DNA from: Candidatus Uhrbacteria bacterium | GTDB taxonomy: Bacteria > Patescibacteriota > Patescibacteriia > UBA9934 > GWF2-40-263 | Assembly: GCA_037131775.1 (NCBI GenBank) | Contig: JBAXQK010000003.1 | Coordinates: 76,439-140,438, forward strand | Reading direction: 5' to 3' | DNA length: 64,000 nucleotides | In this document: piece by piece, positions 49,321-59,206 of the stretch | Position numbering within the stretch: the first letter of the stretch is position 1 | Layout: each line of letters starts with the position of its first letter | Program-made: the position numbers and the translations under genes | The notes under the pieces: model-generated | What the model was told of the DNA's origin: nothing | What the model saw: only the letters and a program-made list of their open reading frames with translations | Database searches by the model: none

Positions 49321-51063
49321 CTAGCGAGGCGTTTTTGCTGCGTTCAATGCCGTGGCAACGAGGTCGGCCTGCGGGACCATCAGGTCTTCCGTCGCTCCGA
49401 ACACGTTGATCTTGAAATCCCCTCCCTCGGCTTCCTTGGCACCGAAGACGATCGTCCACGGAACCTTCATCATGGCCGACGCGCGGATTTTCTTTCCGAC
49501 CTTCTCGTCGGACGCGTCGAGCTCCACGCGGAGTCCGGCGGCGGATAGCTTCTCCTTGAGCTCGGTCGCGGCCGGGACGAAGGCGTCCGAAACAGTCGCG
49601 ATGCGAATCTGGTACGGGGCGAGCCACATCGGGAACGCGCCGCCGAGGTGCTCGATGAGGACGGCCATGAAGCGCTCGATGGATCCCATGATCGCGCAGT
49701 GGACCATGACGATCTGTTCCTTCTCGCCCTGCTCGTTAACGCAGGTGAGACCGAAGTTGCGCGGCTGGTTGAAATCGAGCTGGATCGTGGCGACCTGGTG
49801 CGTTCGGCCGATGGAGTCCTTTGCCATGAAGTCGATCTTCGGGCCGTAGAACGCGGCCTCGCCCGGACCGTCGGCGTAGGCGCTTCCGACGTGCGACTCG
49901 ATGATGTCCCGAAGCTCGGCCTCCGATCGGTCCCAGTCTGCCGAATCTCCAAGGTACTTCTCCGGCATGGCGGGATCACGGCGCGACAGGCGAAGCGACA
50001 GCTCGTAGCCGAACGCGCCGTAGAACGTCGTGATGATGCCCCAGATCTTCTCCGCCTCCTCGCGGACCTGCGACAGACGGCAGAACACATGCGCGTCGTC
50101 CTGGGTAATCGAGAGCACGCGGGTGAGCCCTCCGAGCTCGCCCGACTGCTCGTCGCGGTACACCATAGTCGTCTCGGCGTAGCGGACGGGAAGGTCGCGG
50201 TACGAGCGCATCTCCGAGGCGTAGATCTGCGCGTGGTGCGGGCAGTTCATCGGCTTCATGGCGTAGGTGTGCTTCTCGCGCGTGACGATCTTGAATAGGT
50301 CGTCGGCATACTTGGCCCAGTGGCCGGACGTCTCATACAGGTCCTTCTTGGTGATGTGCGGGATGGTCACGCGCTCGTAGCCGTGCGCGCGACGAAGCGA
50401 CCAGACGAACCCGTCGAGCAGCATGCGGACGGTCGTGCCGCGCGGAGTCCAGAGCGGGAGTCCGGGACCGACCAGGTCGGAGAAGGTGAACAGCTTGAGC
50501 TCGGCGCCAAGCTTCCGGTGGTCGCGCTTCTTGGCCTCCTCGAGCATTGCGGAATGGGCGGCGAGCTCCGCGGCCGTGGCGAACGCAAGCCCGTAGATGC
50601 GCGTGAGCTGGTCCTTTTCCGAATCGCCGCGCCAGTACGCGCCCGCGATCTTTGACAGCTTAAACGACTCGGGGTCGACATTCGCGAGCGACTCCGCATG
50701 GCCGCCGCGGCACAGGTCGACGTACGATCCCGACCGGTACAGCGTCAGCGTCTGCCCTTCCGTCGAGAACTCGTTAATGAGCTCCGTCTTGTACTTGTTG
50801 TCCGCGAACGCCGCGCGTGCCTCGTCGGCCGAGACTTCCGAGCGGTCGAACGACGTGAAGGTCGGCAGCAGCTCGCGCATCTTTGCCTCGATCTTCGGCA
50901 GGTCCTCTTCCGAGACGGGCGTCGAGAACTTGAAATCGTAATAGAACCCGTCGTCGACGGCCGGGCCGATGGTGCGCTTGGAGTCCGGGTACAGCTCGAG
51001 GACTGCCGCGGCGAGCAGGTGGGCAAGCGAATGGCGGAGGTGGGAGAGCTCTTCGGAAGACAT
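49321..51063 (-). CDS. thrS: Threonine--tRNA ligase (short N-terminus)
   Basis: LRHSLAHLL, DLCRGGH, RDHRKLG, KPMNCPHH, AFYGPKID, GSIERF. Confidence 0.98.
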   Translation of the reverse strand: MSSEELSHLRHSLAHLLAAAVLELYPDSKRTIGPAVDDGFYYDFKFSTPVSEEDLPKIEAKMRELLPTFTSFDRSEVSADEARAAFADNKYKTELINEFSTEGQTLTLYRSGSYVDLCRGGHAESLANVDPESFKLSKIAGAYWRGDSEKDQLTRIYGLAFATAAELAAHSAMLEEAKKRDHRKLGAELKLFTFSDLVGPGLPLWTPRGTTVRMLLDGFVWSLRRAHGYERVTIPHITKKDLYETSGHWAKYADDLFKIVTREKHTYAMKPMNCPHHAQIYASEMRSYRDLPVRYAETTMVYRDEQSGELGGLTRVLSITQDDAHVFCRLSQVREEAEKIWGIITTFYGAFGYELSLRLSRRDPAMPEKYLGDSADWDRSEAELRDIIESHVGSAYADGPGEAAFYGPKIDFMAKDSIGRTHQVATIQLDFNQPRNFGLTCVNEQGEKEQIVMVHCAIMGSIERFMAVLIEHLGGAFPMWLAPYQIRIATVSDAFVPAATELKEKLSAAGLRVELDASDEKVGKKIRASAMMKVPWTIVFGAKEAEGGDFKINVFGATEDLMVPQADLVATALNAAKTPR

Positions 51064-51138
51064 AGGGTTTGAGGACAAGGGTGACCGATAACCCTCGAAC
51101 TGTAACACAAATGAAAGAACGGCCACAAGCGGCCGTTC

Positions 51139-52308
51139 CTACTGCGCAATCTCCACGTAAATGTGGTCTTTCAGCCTCGGAACACGCTTCATCCAGAACG
51201 GGGTAAACTCGACCGTCACGTCGGACGCGATCGTTTCCTTTACGAGCAAATCCTTGATTTCCTCCTGGCTCATTCCCGCGAACCGTCCCGGCTCAAGCGA
51301 CCGGCTGGTGGCCGAAGGGGCGACGATTCCGTCCATGTACACGTGGACGCTCGCGGTTCCGAGCTTCGCGTCCGCGACCTTGTCGACGGATGCCTGGAGC
51401 GCGTTGTCATTCGATCCGACGAAGTCCATTCCCGGAAGCAGCTGCTCGAACAATTTTTTCTTCGCGATGACTGCCAGCGCGGCGCGATCGTAGAACACCC
51501 CGGTTGCCTCTATCGACATCGTGAGGCTGAACCCGGACGCCTCGGCCCCGGCCTGCGTATCGCTCTTCTGTTCCGTGACCTCGAAGGAATAGGCCTCGCC
51601 GGAAAGGCCATCCTCGGCCTTCGCCTTCAGCGCCGCCTTCGCCTGTTCCTCCAGCGTGCCACGCAGCTCGAGCGCCGATCGGTCGATATCCTCCTGGGTC
51701 ACGATGGAAACCGTGCGCGTCCCGCCGACGAATGCGACGGCGTTGTCGGCGTAGATGGACTTTTGAAGCGACTCGGAAAGGCCCGGTATCGAAAACTTCG
51801 TCGGAGCGACGTTCCCCGTCGCGCCCGCGACGTCGGCGTGGATCGCTGCCTCGACCGTCCCGTTCGCCGGAACCGTCACGCCCTTGTCGAGCCGGAAGAG
51901 GATGCCGTCCGCGCTCAGGAACCGGGTCGTGGCAACGAGCGGCTGGGTGTGCGACGACGCGTTGTGGACGATGACCGTCCCGCCGGCCTTCTCGTCGATG
52001 ATCTTTCCCGGGTTGGCCGACGCGAACGGCGCGGTCTTCTGCACGGTCGCGGTCACGATGGATCCGCGCACCTCCGAGTCCTTGGTCGGCGTCTTCACCA
52101 CGTCCGCGATGAACTCGGTCTTCACCGTCGTCTTGATCGGCACCACATGAATCGTCGCCGAGACCGTCGAGACGTAGAGAACGGCTGCCAGCATCATGGC
52201 CACCGCAACGACAAAGCCGACCGCGATACGGCGGTATAGCTTCAGCGAAGGGGCGGCCGGAGCCGGAGCCTTCGCAGTGACCTTCGATTTTTTGACGGCT
52301 GGTGCCAT
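51139..52308 (-). CDS. Membrane-anchored baseplate-J-like protein
   Basis: N-terminal TM helix; KAGGTVIVHN, LVATTRF, ADVAGATGNV. Confidence 0.65.
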   Translation of the reverse strand: MAPAVKKSKVTAKAPAPAAPSLKLYRRIAVGFVVAVAMMLAAVLYVSTVSATIHVVPIKTTVKTEFIADVVKTPTKDSEVRGSIVTATVQKTAPFASANPGKIIDEKAGGTVIVHNASSHTQPLVATTRFLSADGILFRLDKGVTVPANGTVEAAIHADVAGATGNVAPTKFSIPGLSESLQKSIYADNAVAFVGGTRTVSIVTQEDIDRSALELRGTLEEQAKAALKAKAEDGLSGEAYSFEVTEQKSDTQAGAEASGFSLTMSIEATGVFYDRAALAVIAKKKLFEQLLPGMDFVGSNDNALQASVDKVADAKLGTASVHVYMDGIVAPSATSRSLEPGRFAGMSQEEIKDLLVKETIASDVTVEFTPFWMKRVPRLKDHIYVEIAQ

Positions 52309-52358
52309 GGGTTCCTCCTACCACGGACGGGACTAGCGCCCCTATGGATATGATTCTA

Positions 52359-52607
52359 TCACGTTTCCTCAATAATGTCTGTAGCGAAGAGATACGGGGT
52401 ACGATAGACGGACGAAAGCACCGCCATGAACGCAAGGCCGTCCGCGACGGTCAACGCGGTTCCGAGGAGCGGATCGACGATCCCCGCGCTGAGATCCGCG
52501 ACCATGTCCGGGTCGCCCGACGGGACCGCGACGCCGTCGACGAGGTCGACGCGGGCGAGGCGGACGGACTGGCCGTTTTCGAGGGCAAATATGTTCACGT
52601 GTGGCAT
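52359..52607 (-). CDS. Small protein, putative kinase immunity/antitoxin (paralogue of 54347-54631)
   Basis: 9 nt downstream of the kinase gene; LT..DG.AF.......Y motif shared with the paralogue. Confidence 0.6.
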   Translation of the reverse strand: MPHVNIFALENGQSVRLARVDLVDGVAVPSGDPDMVADLSAGIVDPLLGTALTVADGLAFMAVLSSVYRTPYLFATDIIEET

Positions 52608-52616
52608 AGGCTCTGG

Positions 52617-54284
52617 TTATAGCGGCCTTGTCACGTCCGGCCCGCTCGGTCTTGACCTCGGCGTCTGCGCCGACTTTGACGCAAGGTACGCGGCGAATTT
52701 CTCCCCGAAGTCCCTTCGAAATCTGGGCAGGTATTTGGGGTACTTCGCCCCCGGACCGTCCGCGACGAATCTCGCGACCATCGCGTCGATGCGCTTCCCG
52801 TACGCTTCCAGGTACGGACCCATGTTCTCCGGCAACAGGCCGACCATTCGCTCGAACGTCTTTCGCTCCGCCGAATCCCTCCACGCGACAACCCGCTCCT
52901 GCAACGACTCTGGAACCGTATCGCCCGACTCCGACATGAGCAGAAGCGGCACGGAGCTGAAGGGCGATTCGACGTCGGAGGAAAGGTCGGAGCCGTAGTC
53001 GATGGGGACGAGGCCGCGTGACGTCCTCATGATGTTGCGCGGCGCCAGGTCCGAGTTATTCAAGAGAACGCTCGCCACCGCCATCGGACCGATCTCTGGC
53101 CTGAGGCGGCCGCTCGGAAGTTGAAACCATTCGTCAATCCGACTGCAGTCTTTTCCGTCCAGCAGCTCCAACACCGTCACGTCGCCGTACGGCTCCAGCC
53201 GGCGCGACACGACGGCGGGCGCCTCCACGCCGAATCCGACCGCGTGCATGGACGCCGCCACCTCGCGGTACTTCCCGTTTCCCGGCGTGACGCCCTCGCG
53301 CGCAAACCGCTCGCTGAATGAGAACTTCACCACGGCCTGCCGCGTGTCGTCCCCGTCCTGAAACGTCACGATGACCGGCGAGGCGGCATGGTCTTCCGTG
53401 GAAATGACCGGCCTCGGGACCCCGACGATTTTGCCACGTCGAAAAATCTCCTCGGTGCGTCGACGGCGCTCGATGGATTCGCGGCGCTCCGCATGGGACG
53501 CGACGATCGCGTCGTACATGTCGACCTGGCACGCATAAAGCCTCTGGTCGCGCGCGTCGTCCTGCAGCGCTTCCCTCTCAAGCTCGCTTGGCAGGCGAAT
53601 CAGGTGCTCCGGCATCCCGACCCACGCGAGCATTACCGCGCGCCAGGTTTCCTTCGCCTCGCGGAACGAACGGTTCGCAATCTGGTTCACGAGCCGTCGC
53701 GCGTCTCCCCGCGCGCGGGGGGGAACGAGATCGGAGGAAAGGACGCGGGAGGATGTCCGGAGGGATTCGGGAACGTACGCCAGGAACGTCTCGAGGATTG
53801 GCGTCGGTTCCAAGTCCGCCGCGATATCGGCCCTCTGACGCAGCAATGCCTCCGTGACAAACCGCGGGTGACCTGCGCCCGCACGAAGGGTTTCCGCGGC
53901 CTCCTCGGGAGAAAAGTCACGGAGAAAGCTTGAAACGAGCCGCGTTTCGGTCAGCGTCAGATCAAGCTGCACTTCCGCGATGCGGATCGACCGCCACTCC
54001 GGGTTCGACAAATCGTTCGCTTCCAGAAGCTCCCTGGCCCGCGCCAGTCTCTCCTGCGTGTTCCCGCGCCTGCTCTTCGGGATCGAGTCGCTCCATTTCG
54101 CGAACCTCGCCTCAAATGCGTCCGTGAGCTCAAGAAGCGACCGCGGGGTCGTCCGTGCCTCGGCCGCGGCACGGACGTCAACGAGGCCACGCATGACGCG
54201 GTCCGAGAGCGGCAGGATGCGCGGCTGCCCGCGGTCGGTCATCTCGCGCGAAATCTCAGGGCTGATGGGATTTGGCTCTGCCAT
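52617..54284 (-). CDS. Atypical kinase, PI3/PI4-kinase-/HipA-like C-terminal domain
   Basis: AVVKF (Lys), YREVAA (Glu), NNSDLAPRNIM (D-x4-N), PIDYG. Confidence 0.7.
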   Translation of the reverse strand: MAEPNPISPEISREMTDRGQPRILPLSDRVMRGLVDVRAAAEARTTPRSLLELTDAFEARFAKWSDSIPKSRRGNTQERLARARELLEANDLSNPEWRSIRIAEVQLDLTLTETRLVSSFLRDFSPEEAAETLRAGAGHPRFVTEALLRQRADIAADLEPTPILETFLAYVPESLRTSSRVLSSDLVPPRARGDARRLVNQIANRSFREAKETWRAVMLAWVGMPEHLIRLPSELEREALQDDARDQRLYACQVDMYDAIVASHAERRESIERRRRTEEIFRRGKIVGVPRPVISTEDHAASPVIVTFQDGDDTRQAVVKFSFSERFAREGVTPGNGKYREVAASMHAVGFGVEAPAVVSRRLEPYGDVTVLELLDGKDCSRIDEWFQLPSGRLRPEIGPMAVASVLLNNSDLAPRNIMRTSRGLVPIDYGSDLSSDVESPFSSVPLLLMSESGDTVPESLQERVVAWRDSAERKTFERMVGLLPENMGPYLEAYGKRIDAMVARFVADGPGAKYPKYLPRFRRDFGEKFAAYLASKSAQTPRSRPSGPDVTRPL

Positions 54285-54346
54285 ATTCCGGTCCAGTATA
54301 CGATGCCCGGGATCGCAGATCAAACAAAAAAGACCCTGAGCGAAGC

Positions 54347-54631
54347 TCAAGGCCGAGTCGAACGTGTCTTCGGAACCGTCGCGCACCAGGCGCCATAGGC
54401 CACCGCCACGGTTGGCTGGTACGTGTCGAGCACGCCGTCCAGGAACGCCGTTCCGTCGTGCTGGCTCAGGCCGCACCGTTCGCAGACGTCGAACCGGATC
54501 GTCTCGATCGCCTCGTCGGACCCCGTGATCAGAACGTTCTCGCCGGCAAGGAACGCCGACGCGACGGTAATCTCCTTTCCATCGTCGTCGACGCAGACGA
54601 CGTTCACGCGTCTCGGATCTCCTTCGCTCAT
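54347..54631 (-). CDS. Small protein, paralogue of 52359-52607
   Basis: AGGAGG SD; VNV...DG, LSQHDGTAFLDGVLDTY. Confidence 0.6.
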   Translation of the reverse strand: MSEGDPRRVNVVCVDDDGKEITVASAFLAGENVLITGSDEAIETIRFDVCERCGLSQHDGTAFLDGVLDTYQPTVAVAYGAWCATVPKTRSTRP

Positions 54632-54706
54632 GGCACCCTCCTGTTGTGGGTGGAGAACGAGTGTGGCAGAAAAGGAGTCCCGCGTCAAGACGGCCACGGG
54701 CAAATC

Positions 54707-54739
54707 AAACGATGTCAACACTCGGTGTTGACATCGTTT
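54707..54739. repeat. Perfect 15-bp hairpin with 3-nt loop at the 3' end of the lectin-like gene
   Basis: AAACGATGTCAACAC-TCG-GTGTTGACATCGTTT. Confidence 0.9.
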
Positions 54740-55412
54740 ATCCCAGCGATACGAAGAATCCATCCCGGGCGCCTAGCGCGGGATAGCGGTCCGTCTCCGG
54801 GTCGGCGCCAATGCGCAGGCGCTCCGGGTTCGCGTTCCAGGCGGCGTAAAGGACGTTTCCTTCCTTGTCGCGGCTGCCGAGCAGCCACGAGGAACCGCCC
54901 GTCGATCGGTCGACGAGGTGCGCGCCGGTCGTCTCAAAATGGACGCGTTCCTCGACGAGAAACTCGGCGATCGTGAGCCCGACGCGGTTGGTCGTCTCGA
55001 ACGTCGCGGCGAGACCGGCGGCGCTCCGGCCGAGCGTGTTCCTTGCCATCGCGCGGTCCGGGTTCGTCAGCAAAAGGTACGACCGCCCGACGCGACGCGG
55101 ATCCGTCGTGACGATCCCGTCCGGCCAGCTTGCCGTGACGCGGGCCGAGCGGTCGACGGGAAACGCAGCGAGAAGCTCGGGGAGATGTCGCTCGATCCCG
55201 GCCGGGATCAGAAGGACGCGCGAATACCCTTCCCTGGCCTTGGCGCGGAGAACGTCCAATTGATCGCGCGACAGGTCGATGGTCGGCGGCAGTGTCGCGG
55301 CAAGGTCGGCGAGGCCGAGGCGATCGTAAAAATCGACGGCATCTCGACGCAGCGCCGAAAGGTCGACGGCGATTTCGACGGGTAGCAGACCTTCGGGATG
55401 GGAGCGCTTCAT
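54738..55412 (-). CDS. Putative C-type-lectin/FGE-fold protein (DGR-target-like C-terminus)
   Basis: GLTIAEFL...ETTGAHLVD...SWLLGS...AAWN...LRIG...ALGAR. Confidence 0.55.
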   Translation of the reverse strand: MKRSHPEGLLPVEIAVDLSALRRDAVDFYDRLGLADLAATLPPTIDLSRDQLDVLRAKAREGYSRVLLIPAGIERHLPELLAAFPVDRSARVTASWPDGIVTTDPRRVGRSYLLLTNPDRAMARNTLGRSAAGLAATFETTNRVGLTIAEFLVEERVHFETTGAHLVDRSTGGSSWLLGSRDKEGNVLYAAWNANPERLRIGADPETDRYPALGARDGFFVSLG

Positions 55413-55422
55413 ACGATGACAA

Positions 55423-58400
55423 TTAGTCCGCGACGACGTTCTGCCTCCCCACGATCCCCGCGATCTCGTCGATCACCTGGCTCGTGGCGAGGATCGAGTA
55501 CTCGGTTTCGATCTTCCTGGTCTGTCCGCCCGACTCCACGAGCAGGCACACGCGGCGCGGGCCGGGGTTGGCACGGAGAATTCCGCGGAGGCGCTCGACC
55601 ATGTCGTGGTCGGGCCGTCCGCGGAGCGCGATGGAGACGGACGGTTGTTCCGCGGCCTTCGCCTTCGGATCCTCGGTCTTCTGAAACTTCGACCGCTGCT
55701 CCTCGTCGATCCACCCGCCCGACTTCAAAAGCTCGCCAAGCCCCGCGGCCTCGCTGTCCGAGACGAGCACGAGGCTGTTCGCGATGAGCGCGACCTCTTC
55801 CCCGCCCGGGCCGTCGACGTCGTCGTCGCGGCTCGACTCGCTCTTGCGCCGCGACACCTTCGCGGACACGACCATGATCGTGTCGGGCAGCAGCGATTCC
55901 TTGAACTGGGCGAACGTACGCGGGAACACCAGCAGTTCCGTCTTCCCCGTGAGGTCCTCGAATCCGACGAACGCCATCGCATCGCCCTTCTTCGTGACGA
56001 TCTCCTTCACCGTCGTGATGATCCCTCCCACGCGCACGAACTCGGCGTCCGGCTTCGTGATCGCGACCGCGACCGACAGGACGGTATCGCCGAGCTGCTT
56101 CGCCACGTCCTCGTACGGGTGCGCCGACACGAATAGGCCGAGCAGCTCCTTCTCCCACTGCAGCACGTCGCGCTTGGCCGCCGGCGGAACGACCCGAAGG
56201 GTAATCCCCGCGGTGGCGACGGACGGTGCCGCGTCGAACAGGCTCCCCTGGTTCGTCGTCAGCTGCCTCTGCGCGTCCTTGTTGAACAGCAAGATCCGGT
56301 CCATGTTCTCGAGCAGCTGGTTGCGGTCGCCGAACCGGTCGAGCGCGCCGGTTTTCACAAGCGCCTCGATGGACTTCTTATTGAACGCGCGATGGTGCAC
56401 GCGCCGCGCGAAGTCGGCGAGGTCGAGGAACGGCCCCTTCGCCTCGCGCTCGGCGATGATCGACTCGATTACCTCTTCCCCGAGGTTCTTGATGGCGATC
56501 AGCCCGAAGCGGATCGTCTTGTCATTGATGTACGTAAACGTCAGCCGCGACTCGTTGATGTCCGGCGACAGCACGTCGATTCCCATGCGCCGGCACTCCG
56601 TGACGGCCTCGGCGACCTTCTCGATGTCCGACGACTCCGCGGTCATGATCGACGTCATGTACTCCGCCGGATAGTTCGCCTTCATGTAGGCGGTGTCGTA
56701 CGCGATCATCCCATAGCTCGCGGCATGCGCCTTGTTGAACCCATAAGCCGCGAACGGCTCGATGAGCTTCCAGATGTCCTGCGCCTTCGTCATGGTCAGC
56801 CCGTGCTCGACGAAGCCGCTCAGGAGCTTTTCCTTCTGCTTCTGCATCTCCTCCGGGATCTTCTTTCCCATCGCCTTGCGCAGCTTGTCCGCGTCGAGCC
56901 AGGAGTAGCCGGCCAGGTGGATGGCGATGAGCATCACGTCGTCCTGGTACACGATGACGCCGTACGACTGGTCGAGGATATCCTTCATCCGTGGGTCCAT
57001 GAACTTCACGAGGCTCGGGTTGTGCTTGCGGCGGATGTACTCCGGGATCGACTCGATCGGGCCCGGGCGGTAGAGCGCGACCATGGCCATGATGTCCTCG
57101 ACGCGCTCGGGGCGCAGGTCCATCAGGTACTTGGTCATCCCGTCGCCGTTCAGCTGGAACGTTCCCATCGTCTTTCCGGCCGCGAGCAGCTCGAAGGTCT
57201 TCTTGTCGTCTACCGGGATCTTCTCGAGGATGATGTCCGCGTTCTTCGTCTGCTTCACGAGCTTGATCGCGTCTCCCAGGATCGACAGGTTGCGGATCCC
57301 GAGGAAATCCATCTTCACGAGACCGGCCGACTCGACGGCGTGCATCTCGTACTGCGTGATGGTCTTTCCCTCCCGGGTATCGATCTGCAGCGGGGTGAAG
57401 TCGGTGAGCGCGGTGGGCGAGATGACCACGCCGGCGGCATGGATCGAAACGTGGCGCGCGCACCCCTCGACCTGGCGGGCGAGGTCGATAAGACGGTGAA
57501 CCTCGGCGTTCACGTCATACAGCTTCTTCAGCTCCGGCGCCTCCTGGAGCGCGATCTCGAGCGTCATCGGGAACCCCTGGCTCCCCATCGGAACCGACTT
57601 CGAGATCTTGTCCACGAACTGGTAGTCGTACCCGAGCACGCGGCCCACGTCGCGCACGGACCCGCGCGCGGCCATCGTCCCGAACGTGCAGATCTGCGCC
57701 ACCTTGTCCGCGCCGTACTTCTCCGTGACGTACGCCATCATCTCGTCGCGGCGGTTGTCCGCGAAGTCGGCGTCCACGTCCGGCGCGCTCGGTCGCTCCG
57801 GGTTGAGAAAGCGCTCGAACGGCAATTTGTAAACGAGCGGGTTCACCGTCGAAATTCCAATCGAAAAACCAACGAGCGACCCTGCGGCCGATCCACGGGT
57901 CGTCGTGACGATTCCATTGCGCCGCGCCCACTCGATATAGTCCGAGACAATCAGAAAGTACGGGCAGAATCCTTTCTGCTCGATAATCGCCAGCTCGTAG
58001 TCGAGGCGCTTCGTCATCACCTCGGTGAGCGTCCCGCCGACCTTCTCGGGAAGCTCGGCGTAGGCGCGGGCCGTGAGCACGTCGAGGAACGTCTTTCCTT
58101 CCGGAATCTTGAAGTCCGGGAAGTTCCACTTGCCCAGCTCGAGCTCGACCGTGCAGCGGTCCGCGATCTTCCGCGTGTTCTCAATCGCCTCGGGAACGTC
58201 CTTGAACCGCTCGATCATGTACTCGCCCGACACGAGCGACGCGTCGAAGTCGTACTGCTGCTGGCGCTCGTACGCCTCGAGCGTGCGCTGGCCCTTGATA
58301 CAGTTGAGGACCTTCCACGCCTCGACGTCGCCCGGCTTGAGATAGAACGCGTTCTTCGTCGCGACGACCGGGACGCCCATCTCCTTCCCGAGCTCGATCA

Positions 58401-58974
58401 GCGTCGCGTTGATCGCCTCCTGCTCGGCGATCTCCGGGCGGTCGACGAGCTCGAGGAAGAAGTTCCCGTCGCCGAAGATCTCGACGTACTCGCGAATCAG
58501 CGTCTTGGCGCGTTCGCGGTCGTGCGAGTTGATCGCGCTCTCTATCTCCCCGGCGTGCCCTCCCGACAGCGCGATGATCCCCTTCCCGAGCGAGCGCAAA
58601 ACCTCCTTGTCGACGCGCGGCTTGTAGTAGAACCCCTCAAGAAACCCGATCGACGCGATCTTTATGAGATTTTGGTACCCCTCCCGCGTCTCCGCGAGCA
58701 GCACGATCCGATAATTCTTCGTGTCGATCTTCGCCCGCTTCTCGTTGCGCCCCTCGATCCCGAGGTACGCGTCCATCCCGAAGATCGGCTTCACCCCGGC
58801 ATCCTTCGCCTTCTGGTAAAACTCAATCATCCCGTACATCGACCCGTTGTCCGTGATCGCCACCGCGTCCATCCCGTGCTTCAGCACGTGCTTCAAAATC
58901 TCCTTGGGCTTTGGCAAAGCCTCAAGAAGCGAATAGTGGCTGTGGACATGCAGGTGGACGAAGGGACTGGGCAT
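55423..58974 (-). CDS. dnaE: DNA polymerase III alpha subunit
   Basis: FVHLHVHSHYSLL (PHP), RGSAAGS, PDVDADF, KMDFLG, YGFNKAHA. Confidence 0.98.
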   Translation of the reverse strand: MPSPFVHLHVHSHYSLLEALPKPKEILKHVLKHGMDAVAITDNGSMYGMIEFYQKAKDAGVKPIFGMDAYLGIEGRNEKRAKIDTKNYRIVLLAETREGYQNLIKIASIGFLEGFYYKPRVDKEVLRSLGKGIIALSGGHAGEIESAINSHDRERAKTLIREYVEIFGDGNFFLELVDRPEIAEQEAINATLIELGKEMGVPVVATKNAFYLKPGDVEAWKVLNCIKGQRTLEAYERQQQYDFDASLVSGEYMIERFKDVPEAIENTRKIADRCTVELELGKWNFPDFKIPEGKTFLDVLTARAYAELPEKVGGTLTEVMTKRLDYELAIIEQKGFCPYFLIVSDYIEWARRNGIVTTTRGSAAGSLVGFSIGISTVNPLVYKLPFERFLNPERPSAPDVDADFADNRRDEMMAYVTEKYGADKVAQICTFGTMAARGSVRDVGRVLGYDYQFVDKISKSVPMGSQGFPMTLEIALQEAPELKKLYDVNAEVHRLIDLARQVEGCARHVSIHAAGVVISPTALTDFTPLQIDTREGKTITQYEMHAVESAGLVKMDFLGIRNLSILGDAIKLVKQTKNADIILEKIPVDDKKTFELLAAGKTMGTFQLNGDGMTKYLMDLRPERVEDIMAMVALYRPGPIESIPEYIRRKHNPSLVKFMDPRMKDILDQSYGVIVYQDDVMLIAIHLAGYSWLDADKLRKAMGKKIPEEMQKQKEKLLSGFVEHGLTMTKAQDIWKLIEPFAAYGFNKAHAASYGMIAYDTAYMKANYPAEYMTSIMTAESSDIEKVAEAVTECRRMGIDVLSPDINESRLTFTYINDKTIRFGLIAIKNLGEEVIESIIAEREAKGPFLDLADFARRVHHRAFNKKSIEALVKTGALDRFGDRNQLLENMDRILLFNKDAQRQLTTNQGSLFDAAPSVATAGITLRVVPPAAKRDVLQWEKELLGLFVSAHPYEDVAKQLGDTVLSVAVAITKPDAEFVRVGGIITTVKEIVTKKGDAMAFVGFEDLTGKTELLVFPRTFAQFKESLLPDTIMVVSAKVSRRKSESSRDDDVDGPGGEEVALIANSLVLVSDSEAAGLGELLKSGGWIDEEQRSKFQKTEDPKAKAAEQPSVSIALRGRPDHDMVERLRGILRANPGPRRVCLLVESGGQTRKIETEYSILATSQVIDEIAGIVGRQNVVAD

Positions 58975-59014
58975 ACTTCCGACAACTTACCATAGTACGC
59001 TATACTATGCCCAT

Positions 59015-59206
59015 ATGGTCAAAACCCCACAGGAAATTGTCGCGGAAACCGTTGGAATCACGAAGGAATTCGAGCGAAAGCTGGCCGAGCTTGAGGCGCG
59101 GAGGAAGGAAATCGTCGCGTCGGCCATTCGGAGCGCGGAACAAGCGAAGATGTCGGCAGTTCGGCAATTCATTCACAGGCTGTTCGGCAATACAAAAACC
59201 GTATGA
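59015..59206 (+). CDS. Small helical hypothetical protein
   Basis: ATGA overlap with the next gene; TATACT upstream. Confidence 0.55.
   Translation: MVKTPQEIVAETVGITKEFERKLAELEARRKEIVASAIRSAEQAKMSAVRQFIHRLFGNTKTV

Noticed and set aside
51139-55412. Prophage or contractile injection system
   Set aside because: Only one baseplate-J-like gene; no integrase, sheath, tube, capsid or terminase
56392-58995. Long antisense and alternate-frame ORFs (e.g. 867 aa here; also 1643-3316, 4352-6178, 42646-45144, 61502-63757)
   Set aside because: Shadow ORFs opposite well-conserved genes, expected with high-GC codon usage
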